A stretch of DNA of 64,000 bases from Macrostomum lignano. Taxonomy: Eukaryota. The notes below the pieces were generated by a model that had not been told where the DNA came from, did not search any database, and worked only from the letters and a program-made list of their open reading frames with translations. Both the position numbers and the translations under genes were made by a program. Location of the stretch: assembly GCA_002269645.1 (NCBI GenBank), contig NIVC01003503.1, positions 1 to 64,000 of the forward strand, in the 5' to 3' direction. Of this stretch, positions 25,323 to 35,519 are shown piece by piece (the stretch's first letter is position 1; each line of letters starts with the position of its first letter).

Positions 25323-26416
25323 TAACATTCGTCTAAGTGACCTGGTGCATCCTGCAACGGCATCTGCGCTTGACGGTACAGATTGAGCGTTCTGCAAGCT
25401 GGCTCGACAGGGACGCCACCGCATGCATGCGCTCTGCGTTTTACCGGCTTCCTGCTAATGTGCCCTGGCGCTGTGACGCTGTTTCTTTATCCCCAGCGTA
25501 CTGCCGGCTGCGTCTGTTTTTTAACTGAAACTGCTGTTTAGAGGCTTCTTGCCTTAATCTACCATGGATACATGTAAGGATGTCCGTGTCTACTAATAAA
25601 ACATGCGTAACCTCTTGTACTGAGAGTTGATTCTCTTGTACTTCGTACATAGATACTAATAATATGATGTAACCACGCTCTGGTCGTGAGATCGTGAGGG
25701 AACTTTTTTGAAGCATGCCCGGTCTCTGTGCACCTACTGGGCAGAGCTGTCGAGACTGGGCCGGGTCCCTGACCAGGCTGACTGACTCCCGCTCTGCTAC
25801 GCCCCTGCTGTCTCTGTTCCGTCTCTCACTCAGCCACACTTGCCTTTCCGGAGCCCTACGTGCCCCTCGCCCGCCTCCCCTCTTCTCATGCGCCCCTCCC
25901 TTTTCTCATGTACTTCTCATGTTTTTCTCACATTTTCTCCTCCTGTTTCAGCATGTTTTTCTTGCGCTGTCCCCTTCTCATCCCGTGCTTACTTACAGTA
26001 TTGCTTGTGCTCAACGTCGCCCCATTCCCTTTTAGAATCCCAAACGGTGACGCAAGGCTTCTGACCCCTCCTTAGCCCCGATGACTCAGCACCCCTCTTG
26101 CGCAACCTTTTCTCATGCTATTGTTCTCTTCTCAAGATTTCTCATGCGATACCCACCCCACCTCCGCTTCTATTGTTCTCGTTTTTGATTCTTTTGTTCT
26201 CGTTTTCGTACTCAATTAGCACTTTTTCTCCAATGTTTACTTTTCTATTGTTCTCAGTTCTTCCCAATTATCCCCGATTTCCATTTCCTTTTTTCAGCCT
26301 GAGTCCCATTGTTCTCAATGTTTGCTTGCGCAACAATTCTTCGACCCCCCACTGTGCTCATTATCCCCCACCCTGCTCATTATCATGTTGCTATGCCTTT
26401 CTCATGCTTCTCATCA

Positions 26417-26507
26417 TGACTCATTCTGACGTCATTTTCCCGGCAGCCAATCAGAGAGAGGGAGTCATGGAAACGACCTTGGAGCGGCGGCCGTGAGGAC
26501 TATTTAA
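26417..26507 (+). promoter_or_regulatory. Compact Pol II promoter: AP-1, CRE, CCAAT and TATA-like motifs
   Basis: TGACTCA 26417-26423, TGACGTCA 26427-26434, CCAAT 26447-26451, TATTTAA 26501-26507. Downstream are a donor-like ccg|gtaagt at 26797 and AATAAA at 27764. Confidence 0.5.
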
Positions 26508-27987
26508 GGAAGTGATTCTCGGCGTGAGAATCCTCAGAAGGCTTTACCCATTTTTCTCGTCTCCGAAGTGGTCCTTCTTTGGACTTGCTGTCAGACATTG
26601 ATCTGACCCTCACCATTCGTCTATAGGACGAACCTCTGCCGGCCCGCGGTCTGACATCGCCCAGCATCCTCAGCACCGCCTGAGCTACATCAGCGCCTCG
26701 TCGCTTCGGCGCATCGCCGCTTCGCTACCTGCCTATCCGCAGCCTACAGCCGCCCTCGGTCACTCCTTTGCTCTCTTTCTCTCTGTGCAGCCGCCGGTAA
26801 GTTCCTATTACTAATTTGTGCTCTAATTGCCTTTGCTTATCCGGGGTTTGCTTCTTTGCCATTGCTTGATTAGAGAGCTGAGCCAATTGTGATACCGTAT
26901 TATTTGCTGTATTTATTCAATATAGTGAAGCCGCCCAATTGCCTGTGTATTTCGCCTGCGGGCCTTATTATTAACCATTACTAAACCCATCATTTTTCAC
27001 ATCATTTCATTCAAGGCTTGCTAGCCTTACTCCTTGGGTGGAAAAGCATAGGGAAGTTTTGGTAAGCTAATGGCCTCTCCCCGTGCAAAGCGCGCCTGTG
27101 TGTTCGTGCCGCGGGTCCGTGTGTGCGTGCAGTAGAGGGAAGTACGAAGTAGTGGGTCATGGCACAGAATGGCAGCAGGAAGGTTGCAACACCCTGCTTA
27201 CGTGTCCCTTTGCCCTGAGCAATCTAAACTATAGCTAGCACATGTTCAACTCATACTACTCTTAGTAATCGTAGCCGCAAGTCCACCTCAATCACAGCTA
27301 CAAAAGACCTCCTGCTGAGAAATCCTCCAGAGTGATCCCAGAGTTCCTAATTGAGCCCAAAGCAGAGTCTGAAAAGTCGGCTGCATGCGTCCCTCCTGTT
27401 AGCCTAAATCCCCTGGTAACCAATCCAGGCGGGGCTCTAGCCTCGAAAGGTCTGGTCAAGATCCAGGTGCGCCAGGTCATATAGAGTGGTGGCAGCCACT
27501 CGGTCATACCATGGCCGAGTGACCAATTTACGCACCCTGGCTACAGGCGGAGTCCATGTGGGTCCTTGGCCCTCTGGTCACGAAAGCGCTACCAAAGCTA
27601 TCAATCATGTGGGCGGGACAGTCTGGTGCTGGAGGTCCGTCAGGCCATTGCCAGGTCATCGGCAGCCTACGGTCATAGCCCCCCTATGGTCAGTTGCTCT
27701 CCTCCCCGCTGAGCAGACGGTCATAAAGGGCGGTTACATGATGGTTCAAACAACATTGTTGTGAATAAAAACATTGAGAAATTCGAAAAAACGGTACGCA
27801 AAGACAGCCATCAAAACGAAAAGTTTATTACAGAAATAAATATTAAGTCCTGTTAACTTTTTTATCTTGCTTACGTGGCATTCGAGAAATGACCATATAG
27901 CTATTCTACTAGAAAACACGTTAGTTTGTTAAGCTGTCGTTGGATATTTCAACGCTTAGCCAGAATCTCAACAGGAAAATGAACAAT

Positions 27988-29706
27988 TCAAGGCACGCTT
28001 GAGATGCTGCTGATGCTGAGGCTCTTAGTAGACTCTTTCGGCGGCAAGTGACTCTCTTCGCTGACTTTGAACTGCTGGATTGTAGAAACAGATGCCTGCT
28101 TGGAGCTTGATGCTCTTGCTTTCTTCCTGCCAAATAAGGCGATGTCGAAGATGAGCTCAAACAGCTCGCACAGGGTGAGCAGAGACATTCCCAGGTAGAT
28201 GCCCATGATGCCGCCGACGTCCGAGATGAAGTCCTGCAAACCGTAGTCGATCGAGAAGTTCATGCGATCGCACAGAACTCGATGCGGCTTGAAGTGTACT
28301 TTGAGCATGTTGCTGCGGATGTATGATGACACGATCGACTCGTTTCCGTTCACGACGAGGTCGAGAGCCGGAACACTCAGATTCTTAGAGTTGGCCCTCA
28401 TCCAAACAGGCTTGATGGAGCTGCTGACGAACGGCATCATTGAGCTCTGAGTGGGCCAGTCGGAACTGGAGATGGTCGCGCTGTACTGCAGAGTGGTGCA
28501 AGGTCGCTTAGCTTTGCACACAGCCTTTGTATTCTGGTCGATTTTTCCACTTTTGATTTGAAGCGATGGATCACGAAAGTAGATAAAGAAGTTTGGGTCA
28601 TCAGTAAGATTCATTACAAACTTCTTCCCACGAAGAGGCCAAGGAAGCGGTCCAATTATACCTGACATGTTGACGAGTTCTTGGTTCTGTCGGTGGAACT
28701 CGTAGTAGAAGCAGTACGAGTAACTGTACGAGTGCCGGTATGGAGTCTCGTCGTACGGGTTCACGAACTGAACGTCCGGCGGGTCGCTCAGACAGTCGAA
28801 CTGACCAGCCTTGTACACCTGCTGCGTCATGTCGATCTCGACGGTGTGGAATTTTCCGGGTCCCAGCGAGAACGAGCTCACGAAATCGGACGGATACTCA
28901 CCTGGAGGCGTGAGGAACACTTTCACACCTGCTTGTCTGTCGGGTCCGTTGTAGTCGGCGACATTGAGCGACCAGTCGGACACAGGAATGGGAGTTCGTC
29001 TTGCGTACACCATCTTTTGGATCGAGTGTCCGCTCGATGCGAGTCCTTGGAACGCCGAGTCCGTAACCAGGGTGACCACAATGCCGGATGATGAGCCGGT
29101 CTGTACGATCTTTTGTTGCCACGTGCTGTTCAGAGTCCACTTGAGACAGCGCAAGTACATCGGATGGTAGAAGATCTGCGCTTCGAGGGGCGCATATTCG
29201 GGCATTCCGTAGTCGGTGTTATAAGCGACATCGCTTGTGATGATATTCTGTTCGTTTCGGTGAGCCAGAGCGTCTATCAAGATTCTATAAGATATAGACT
29301 GAGGATGGGCAAGCGAGAACAACATCTCTGCTCCCATAAATGCGTTGCCGACGTACCCAAGCATTGAAAGCTCTCGTCTCATTACAACTTGCGAATCATT
29401 GAGCTGAGCATTGATTGCAGCAGCCGATGCCTCATCCACAGTCGCAGAGTAGCTTCCGGAGATCGGGTTCTCGTAGCAAGCGTACACATCCGGGAACTGG
29501 AAGTTGAGGCTGTTTCCATCGACCGAGCTGGTCACCTGACGAGTCTGCAGCTTGACAACGAAGTCGTAGAATCCTTTGAAGAATAGACCCGTCATTAGCA
29601 GCAGCACAGAGAGCCAAGCCAGTCGCACAGTGAGTGGTTTGCCACTTACAATCCTTGGCAGTCCGTGCGCTGTTGTGGACGTCATAGCATCAACGATTTG
29701 AAGCAT
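27988..29706 (-). CDS. DEG/ENaC channel subunit, copy 6 (intact, 572 aa, most divergent N-terminus)
   Basis: Uninterrupted ORF: STTAHGLPRIV, TM1, FPDVYACYEN, TM2 DVGGIMGIYLGMS. Confidence 0.95.
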   Translation of the reverse strand: MLQIVDAMTSTTAHGLPRIVSGKPLTVRLAWLSVLLLMTGLFFKGFYDFVVKLQTRQVTSSVDGNSLNFQFPDVYACYENPISGSYSATVDEASAAAINAQLNDSQVVMRRELSMLGYVGNAFMGAEMLFSLAHPQSISYRILIDALAHRNEQNIITSDVAYNTDYGMPEYAPLEAQIFYHPMYLRCLKWTLNSTWQQKIVQTGSSSGIVVTLVTDSAFQGLASSGHSIQKMVYARRTPIPVSDWSLNVADYNGPDRQAGVKVFLTPPGEYPSDFVSSFSLGPGKFHTVEIDMTQQVYKAGQFDCLSDPPDVQFVNPYDETPYRHSYSYSYCFYYEFHRQNQELVNMSGIIGPLPWPLRGKKFVMNLTDDPNFFIYFRDPSLQIKSGKIDQNTKAVCKAKRPCTTLQYSATISSSDWPTQSSMMPFVSSSIKPVWMRANSKNLSVPALDLVVNGNESIVSSYIRSNMLKVHFKPHRVLCDRMNFSIDYGLQDFISDVGGIMGIYLGMSLLTLCELFELIFDIALFGRKKARASSSKQASVSTIQQFKVSEESHLPPKESTKSLSISSISSVP

Positions 29707-30510
29707 TTTTAGACTGACTCACTAAGTGGTTAAGTTACTACTGTCAAAATTTTAAGAAGTGTGTTTCTTCGGTAAATACTTCTCCGTTGTGTCTTTCTAT
29801 TTACGTCCAATAAACACTAAAATTGTTAGCAAGGGCTGTCAGCCTGGTGCTGGACAACAGCTTTTCTGGAAAATTGCCTTAAATTTTCTGCCCTGCTGCC
29901 TAGTCCGTTGCTAGGTTTCTGCCCTGTACGCTGCTCAAATTCAGATGAGTTTCTTTAAAAGCTGCAAGCCTCCGTCAGTCTCAGTCAATTGATTCGTCGC
30001 TAAATTTCGTACTTTGCTGCGGCAGTTCAGACCCTGCTGTAGTCTTGAGTAGAATTCTCTCCTTCCAGCTCTCCTTCATACTGGGCAAAATGGCCTTGGA
30101 CCTGTTTGCGACAGGCATCAATTATGCAAAGAATTAATTTGTGGGGCTTATGGCTTGGTTTTCTCTCCCAACACGGCTTTGTTGCAAGCGTCCTTCTTCT
30201 AACGCCTGAGTTGGTGACTCAGAGAGTGGCACTTTAAATGCGAATTAATTATAGTTTCCTAGACGACGCAATTGTTTACTTTTTATTCTCTTTGCCTTGA
30301 GGTGAGCCCACGAAGTCCAATTTAGGAGACTGACTGCCTGTGGGAAATTTTGGATTGCTAGGAGTATGAAGAATGGGAATACCAGAGGCATTTTTAACAT
30401 GTTAATAAATTTTATCTTTGTTTTTTTGCTGTGAATCATATTGCTTGGTTATATAAGTTGCAAAACAATATTTTATTTTGCATGTATAAATCTTTCTTTC
30501 TGTATTTATT

Positions 30511-30582
30511 CAGTGAGTCAAGAATCGAACCTTCGACGTTTTAAGTCTTCTTGACTCTGACGCTCTGACCACTGGGCTACAA
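30511..30582 (-). mobile_element. tRNA-derived SINE head or tRNA pseudogene
   Basis: The - strand reads tagcccagtggtcagagcg (A box) ... ggttcgattc (B box). No convincing cloverleaf or acceptor stem. Confidence 0.55.
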
Positions 30583-31065
30583 CTGAGGATCAGAGAGTGT
30601 AAGTATTAAGTTTATGCTGGTATTTAAATGATTTTGAACTTTTAGATTGATTCCAGCTGGCATCTGATTTTAAATTTGGCATTCCGAGTCTGGACCAGGA
30701 TGCTAAAGGCATTGCGATTCCCAGCAAAAAACCCAGCTTTGCTCAGTCAGGCGCTCATGGATATTAGCCAAGTGTGCCTGTACACTCGACCTTCTGCTGA
30801 CAGCGAAAGAATCCACGTTCTGTTTAATCCTACTACGTGACGTGAGAAACAAACCCGGCGAAGATTTTCTTTAATCCGCACCGGGTGCTCTGCAATGATG
30901 ACGTTGTCTATCTGGCTCCTAGCGCAGTATACTCGTAGACTGTTGTGTTCATGAGCTGATAAATTGCATTATTTATTACACAACACAGATAAGAAAGTAA
31001 TTTTATCCCCTGCACTCATTCCAGATCACCAACTCCACACTGCAACATCCAGACAGTCCACTAAT

Positions 31066-31445
31066 ACTCCCCACACTCTAACATCACCAACACCCATACA
31101 GCCCTGTAAGTCTCCCCACACTCCAACATCACCAACACCCATACAGCCCTGTAAGTCTCCCCACACTCCAACATCACCAACACCCATACAGCCCTGTAAG
31201 TCTCCCCACACTCCAACATCACCAACACCCATACAGCCCTGTAAGTCTCCCCACACTCCAACATCACCAACACCCATACAGCCCTGTAAGTCTCCCCACA
31301 CTCCAACATCACCAACACCCATACAGCCCTGTAAGTCTCCCCACACTCCAACATCACCAACACCCATACAGCCCTGTAAGTCTCCCCACACTCCAACATC
31401 ACCAACACCCATACAGCCCTGTAAATCTCCCCACACTAACATCAA
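31066..31445. repeat. 45-bp minisatellite, ~8 units
   Basis: Unit tctccccacactccaacatcaccaacacccatacagccctgtaag, near-perfect copies. Confidence 0.97.
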
Positions 31446-31933
31446 CAGGATCCATACAGTCCACTAATATTCCCCACACTCCAACAAAAGCATGTTTTTC
31501 TATCTGGCTTCTAATCTAAAAGCAAGAATGCAGATTGTAAAAAATAATTTTACGAGAACTGCATGCAGCTGAATGCAAAGCTGAAGAAATTGCCGAGAGA
31601 AAAAGCAGGCAAACGGAGAAGCAGGAGCAGAAAAGCCACAAGCTACCCATTGTGCCACTGAGCAAACTTCAGCCCTGTTTATATTTGCTGCCTGCTAACA
31701 AAGGGAGATTGGCCGAGTGTGTATAACCCGTGTGCTCAGCCAGCCAGGAGTACTGCAGAACTGAACTAGTGCAGCCGAAACGAAAGACACTCGCGCGATG
31801 AAAAATTATTCTATATAACTGTGCAAATGCTCAAAAGTGAAAGCTCTAATCTGAATTTAATTGCTGCTGTTTCTGAGATAACTGCTAGCACCGATCTTTG
31901 CAATAAGTTTCTACAGTGCCATCAGTTATAGAA

Positions 31934-34900
31934 ATGGTGTTCATCACTGTCAAACACGGAGGTAAGAACCTGATCTATGGATATGTAGCGTAAGATTTAC
32001 AAAAAAAATTAAATGGCTTAATAGCTTCTGGAACTTCTTGGGGAGATTTGGTGAACCTGGTGCATGTACGCACCTGCGCTTGACAACATCAGTCGCAGGT
32101 GAAAGTGGTATGTCCATCAGCTATCTGACACAAAAAACATTGTTTAGTTACACGTAGTTCAATAAATGCTCTATTAAAACTGCAGCTAACGTGGAGACCC
32201 TGTTCAACCAGGACTGCAAGTGCGCAGCACTGCTACGGGCAATTCGTGACAAGTGCTGCAATTTTGGCTCAAGTGGTGAGCATTTTGAAAAAGACAATTT
32301 ACTTTATTGTATACGGGAAGACAAACCCGTTTCTATAGTAAAAATATCTTTTTGTGTGTAAAACTTAGGTAGCTTAATGGTTGGTTTTGTCACACAATGG
32401 TTGGTTTTGTCACACAATGGTTGATTTTGTTATAACAATGGTTGGTTTTGTCACACAATGATTGATTTTGTCACACAATGGTTGATTTTGTCACACAATG
32501 GTTGATTTTGTTACAAAATGGTTTATTGCACCGCTCAATGGTTGATTTTGTCACACAATGGTTGATTTTGTCACACAATGGTTGATTTTGTCACACAATG
32601 ATTGATTTTGTCACACAATGGTTGATTTTGTCATACAATGGTTGATTTTGTCACACAATGATTGATTTTGTCACACAATGGTTGATTTTGTCACACAATG
32701 GTTGATTTTGTTACAAAATGGTTTATTGCACCGCTCAATGGTTGATTTTGTCACATAGTGGTTGGTTTTGTCACACAATGGTTGATTTTGTCACACAATG
32801 GTTGATTTTGTTACAAAATGGTTTATTGCACCGCTCAATGGTTGATTTTGTCACACAATGGTTGATTTTGTTACAAAATGGTTTATTGCACCGCTCAATG
32901 GTTGATTTTGTCATACAATGGTTGATTTTGTCACACAATGGTTGATTTTGTCACACAATGATTGATTTTGTCACATAGTGGTTGGTTTTGTCACACAGTG
33001 GTTGATTTTATCACACAATGGTTGATTTTGTCACACAATGGTTGGTTTTGTCACACAATGGTTGCTTTTGTCACACAGTGCGGTAATTTTGTTCCTTTAT
33101 GGTTGCTTTCGTCACAAAATGATTGATTTCATCAACCATTGGTTCACATAGGAGCATAGCAGCTGGGCACGACCTAATACACATAGACTATTACTGTCAA
33201 TCTTTTTTACAGAAATAATAGATTTGTCCGACAAAGACGGAAACGTGAAGGATCTGAGAAAATATCCCAACATGACCGCAAAGGAGGTACTGGCTGACAG
33301 AGAGGACTGCGTCCTGATCAGAGTTGGAGGTAATCTTGCCTATGTTTTGAAGTCTTCAAAGTCAGGTTAAGTACTATATAACTATGGGAATTTGTACTTT
33401 TGGGGAGCTTTAAGGGACACATGGGTCAGTTCTAAGGGACACTGAGGTCAGGAGTTCCAGGGGACACTGAGGTCGGGAGTTCCAGGGGACACTGAGGTCG
33501 GGAGTTCCAGGGGACACTGAGGTCAGGAGTTCCAGGGGACACTGAGGTCAGGAGTTCCAGGGGACACTGAGGTCAGGAGTTCCAGGGGACACTGAGGTCA
33601 GGAGTTCCAGGGGACACTGAGGTCAGGAGTTCCAGGGGACACTGAGGTCAGGAGTTCCAGGGGACACTGAGGTCAGGAGTTCCAGGGGACACAGACTTTC
33701 AGCGCAATGTGTTTAGCAAAGACAAGGCCTCTTAGCGCTTCTAATATTCAACAAAGTATGCTTATAGTAAAGCTTTGGCTTTCAATTTGCAGAGAACAAT
33801 AAAGGAAGACTGGTTTACACTCCGTTACTAGACAATGAGGAGATTGTCACGAAAGCTTATCTGGGTAAGACGTTATATTTGTAAAAAAATAATTATGTAT
33901 CAGCTTACAAGTTGCTGCATCTCTCAGGGGCGTCGCCACCGAGGGGGGGGGACATGTTCCCCCGGTAAAAGTTATGGGAGTACATGTCAATATTTTGCCC
34001 GCCAACACCCCACCTTTGTTGACATATTATGGATATCAATACTTTCGCTTTAGGGCAACGAAGCATAGCGCTTGCGACGCTAAAATGAGTGTCTCCGGCG
34101 CTAAAATGAGTGCCTGTGGCGCTAAAATGAGTGCCTCCGGCGCTAAAATGAGTGCCTGTGGCGCTAAAATGAGTGCCTCCGGCGCTAAAATGAGTGCCTG
34201 CGGTGCTAAAATGAGTTCCTGTAGCGCTAAAATGAGTGCCTGCGGTGCTAAAATGAGTGCCTGTCGCGCTAAAATGAGTGCCTGCGGTGCTAAAATGAGT
34301 TCCTGTAGCGCTAAAATGAGTGCCTGCGGTGCTAAAATGAGTGCCTGTCGCGCTAAAATGAGTGCGTCGCGCTAAAATGAGTGCGTCGCGCTAAAATGAG
34401 TGCCTGTGGGGCTAAAATGAGTGCCTGCGGTACTAAAATGAGTGCCTGCGGTGCTAAAATGAGTGCCTGCGGTGCTAAAATGAGTGCCTCCGGCGCTAAA
34501 ATGAGTGCCTCCGGTGCTAAAATGAGTGCCTGTGGCGCTAAAATGAGTGCTTGTGGCGCTAAAATGAGTGCCTCCGGCGCTAAAATGAGTGCCTCCGGCG
34601 CTAAAATGAGTGCCTCCGGCGCTAAAATGAGTGCCTGCGACGCTAAATATGAGTGCCTCCGAAAATGCTTTTTTCGGAATGGAATTCGTCTAAAAATTGG
34701 AAAAGCAAGCAGTGTCAATATGTTTAAGGGTCAACTATGGTTACATTAAATTTGCAGCATTGTTTTCACGATATTTGAGCTAATCTTCACATAGACTACT
34801 GCCAAGTTTTTTAGCGTTTAAATGAATCCAGTCCATAGATTTTATATTCCCTATTGCGGCAATAGGGAAATAGCGATCACAGATAATGTGTAGACGCTAT

Positions 34901-35519
34901 TTTTTGAGAATTTTATAGAACACGTACTTCTCATGAATCGAATAAAAAGCCACTTCATCAAATTAAGAATAAATTCATGCACTGAAGAGACTACTGACGA
35001 AATTGAGTTAAGTAGTATAATTTTTCGCGCTGTTGAGTGACGCAACTTTTTTTACATTATAGCATGGTCACAAATGGTAGAGTGGCCCATCTTGTGTATA
35101 TACGTTCTTTGGTTTAAACACGCTTTTAGCGTTACCACAAATATGCTCAAATTTCATTAGTCTCAAGCTCATTTCTTAGAAAAGCGAGTATTCACTATTC
35201 AGCGTCCTTAATTTCTACTTCAGGTGTTCATGGTATCGTATAACAAAGCAAATATTTGATTTAAACTTACAAAATGACTATAAAATTCCTCGTACTTTTA
35301 TTAGAGAAACTAGCCAAAGGATCGAAGCGAGACTCAAGCAAGCAGAAGTCAACTGCAGGAAGAGGGTTGAACAGTGGCGGCGGTAGCGGTGGCGGAGGTG
35401 CCGGGAGCACCGCTGGTGGTGGATCCTCAAGCACCGCAGGGGGCTCTTCGGTTTCGGGTGGCAAGAAGTTGACTGGCACCTCGCAGCAGTCGCATCACTC
35501 TGCTACAAAACGTCGATGA
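31934..35519 (+). CDS. Five-exon CXorf65/C22orf15-family protein (173 aa)
   Basis: Exons 31934-31961, 32186-32275, 33213-33329, 33793-33864 and 35305-35519, all GT-AG and all phase 1. They splice to MVFITVKHG-ANVETLFNQDCKCAALLRAIRDKCCNFGSS-EIIDLSDKDGNVKDLRKYPNMTAKEVLADREDCVLIRVG-ENNKGRLVYTPLLDNEEIVTKAYL-EKLAKGSKR...(Gly/Ser-rich)...KRR*. This resembles CXorf65/C22orf15 (MFI..KHG, IDL..+.G, Y..LL). Confidence 0.85.
32376..33135. repeat. 20-bp minisatellite (~37 units) with variant units, in intron 2
   Basis: Main unit atggttgattttgtcacaca. The variant pair atggttgattttgttacaaa + atggtttattgcaccgctca recurs four times. Confidence 0.95.
33436..33692. repeat. 25-bp minisatellite (~10 units), in intron 3
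   Basis: Unit gggacactgaggtc(a/g)ggagttccag. Confidence 0.97.
34079..34660. repeat. 21-bp minisatellite (~27 units), in intron 4
   Basis: Unit gctaaaatgagtgcct(c/g)cgg(c/t), with two 19-bp units near 34360-34390. Preceded by a MITE-like end caggggcgtcgccacc at 33925. Confidence 0.95.

Noticed and set aside
6500-29586. Recurrent + strand ORFs (MELVVEAVRV..., MRSHRTRC...) as an antisense gene family
   Set aside because: They are shadow frames of the GC-rich ENaC coding strand; they recur only because the genes are duplicated, and their lengths vary arbitrarily.
30511-30582. Functional tRNA gene
   Set aside because: A and B boxes are present, but acceptor and anticodon stems do not pair convincingly; treated as SINE-like (the same applies to 62123-62190).
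32376-33135. CRISPR-like repeat/spacer array
   Set aside because: The apparent spacers are recurring variants of the repeat itself, there are no unique spacers or cas genes, and the array lies in a eukaryotic intron.
30964-34749. Repeat-protein ORFs (SPHTPT..., GAKMSAC..., ILAPEAL...)
   Set aside because: They are translations of 45- and 21-bp minisatellites whose unit length is a multiple of 3; the latter lie inside an intron.
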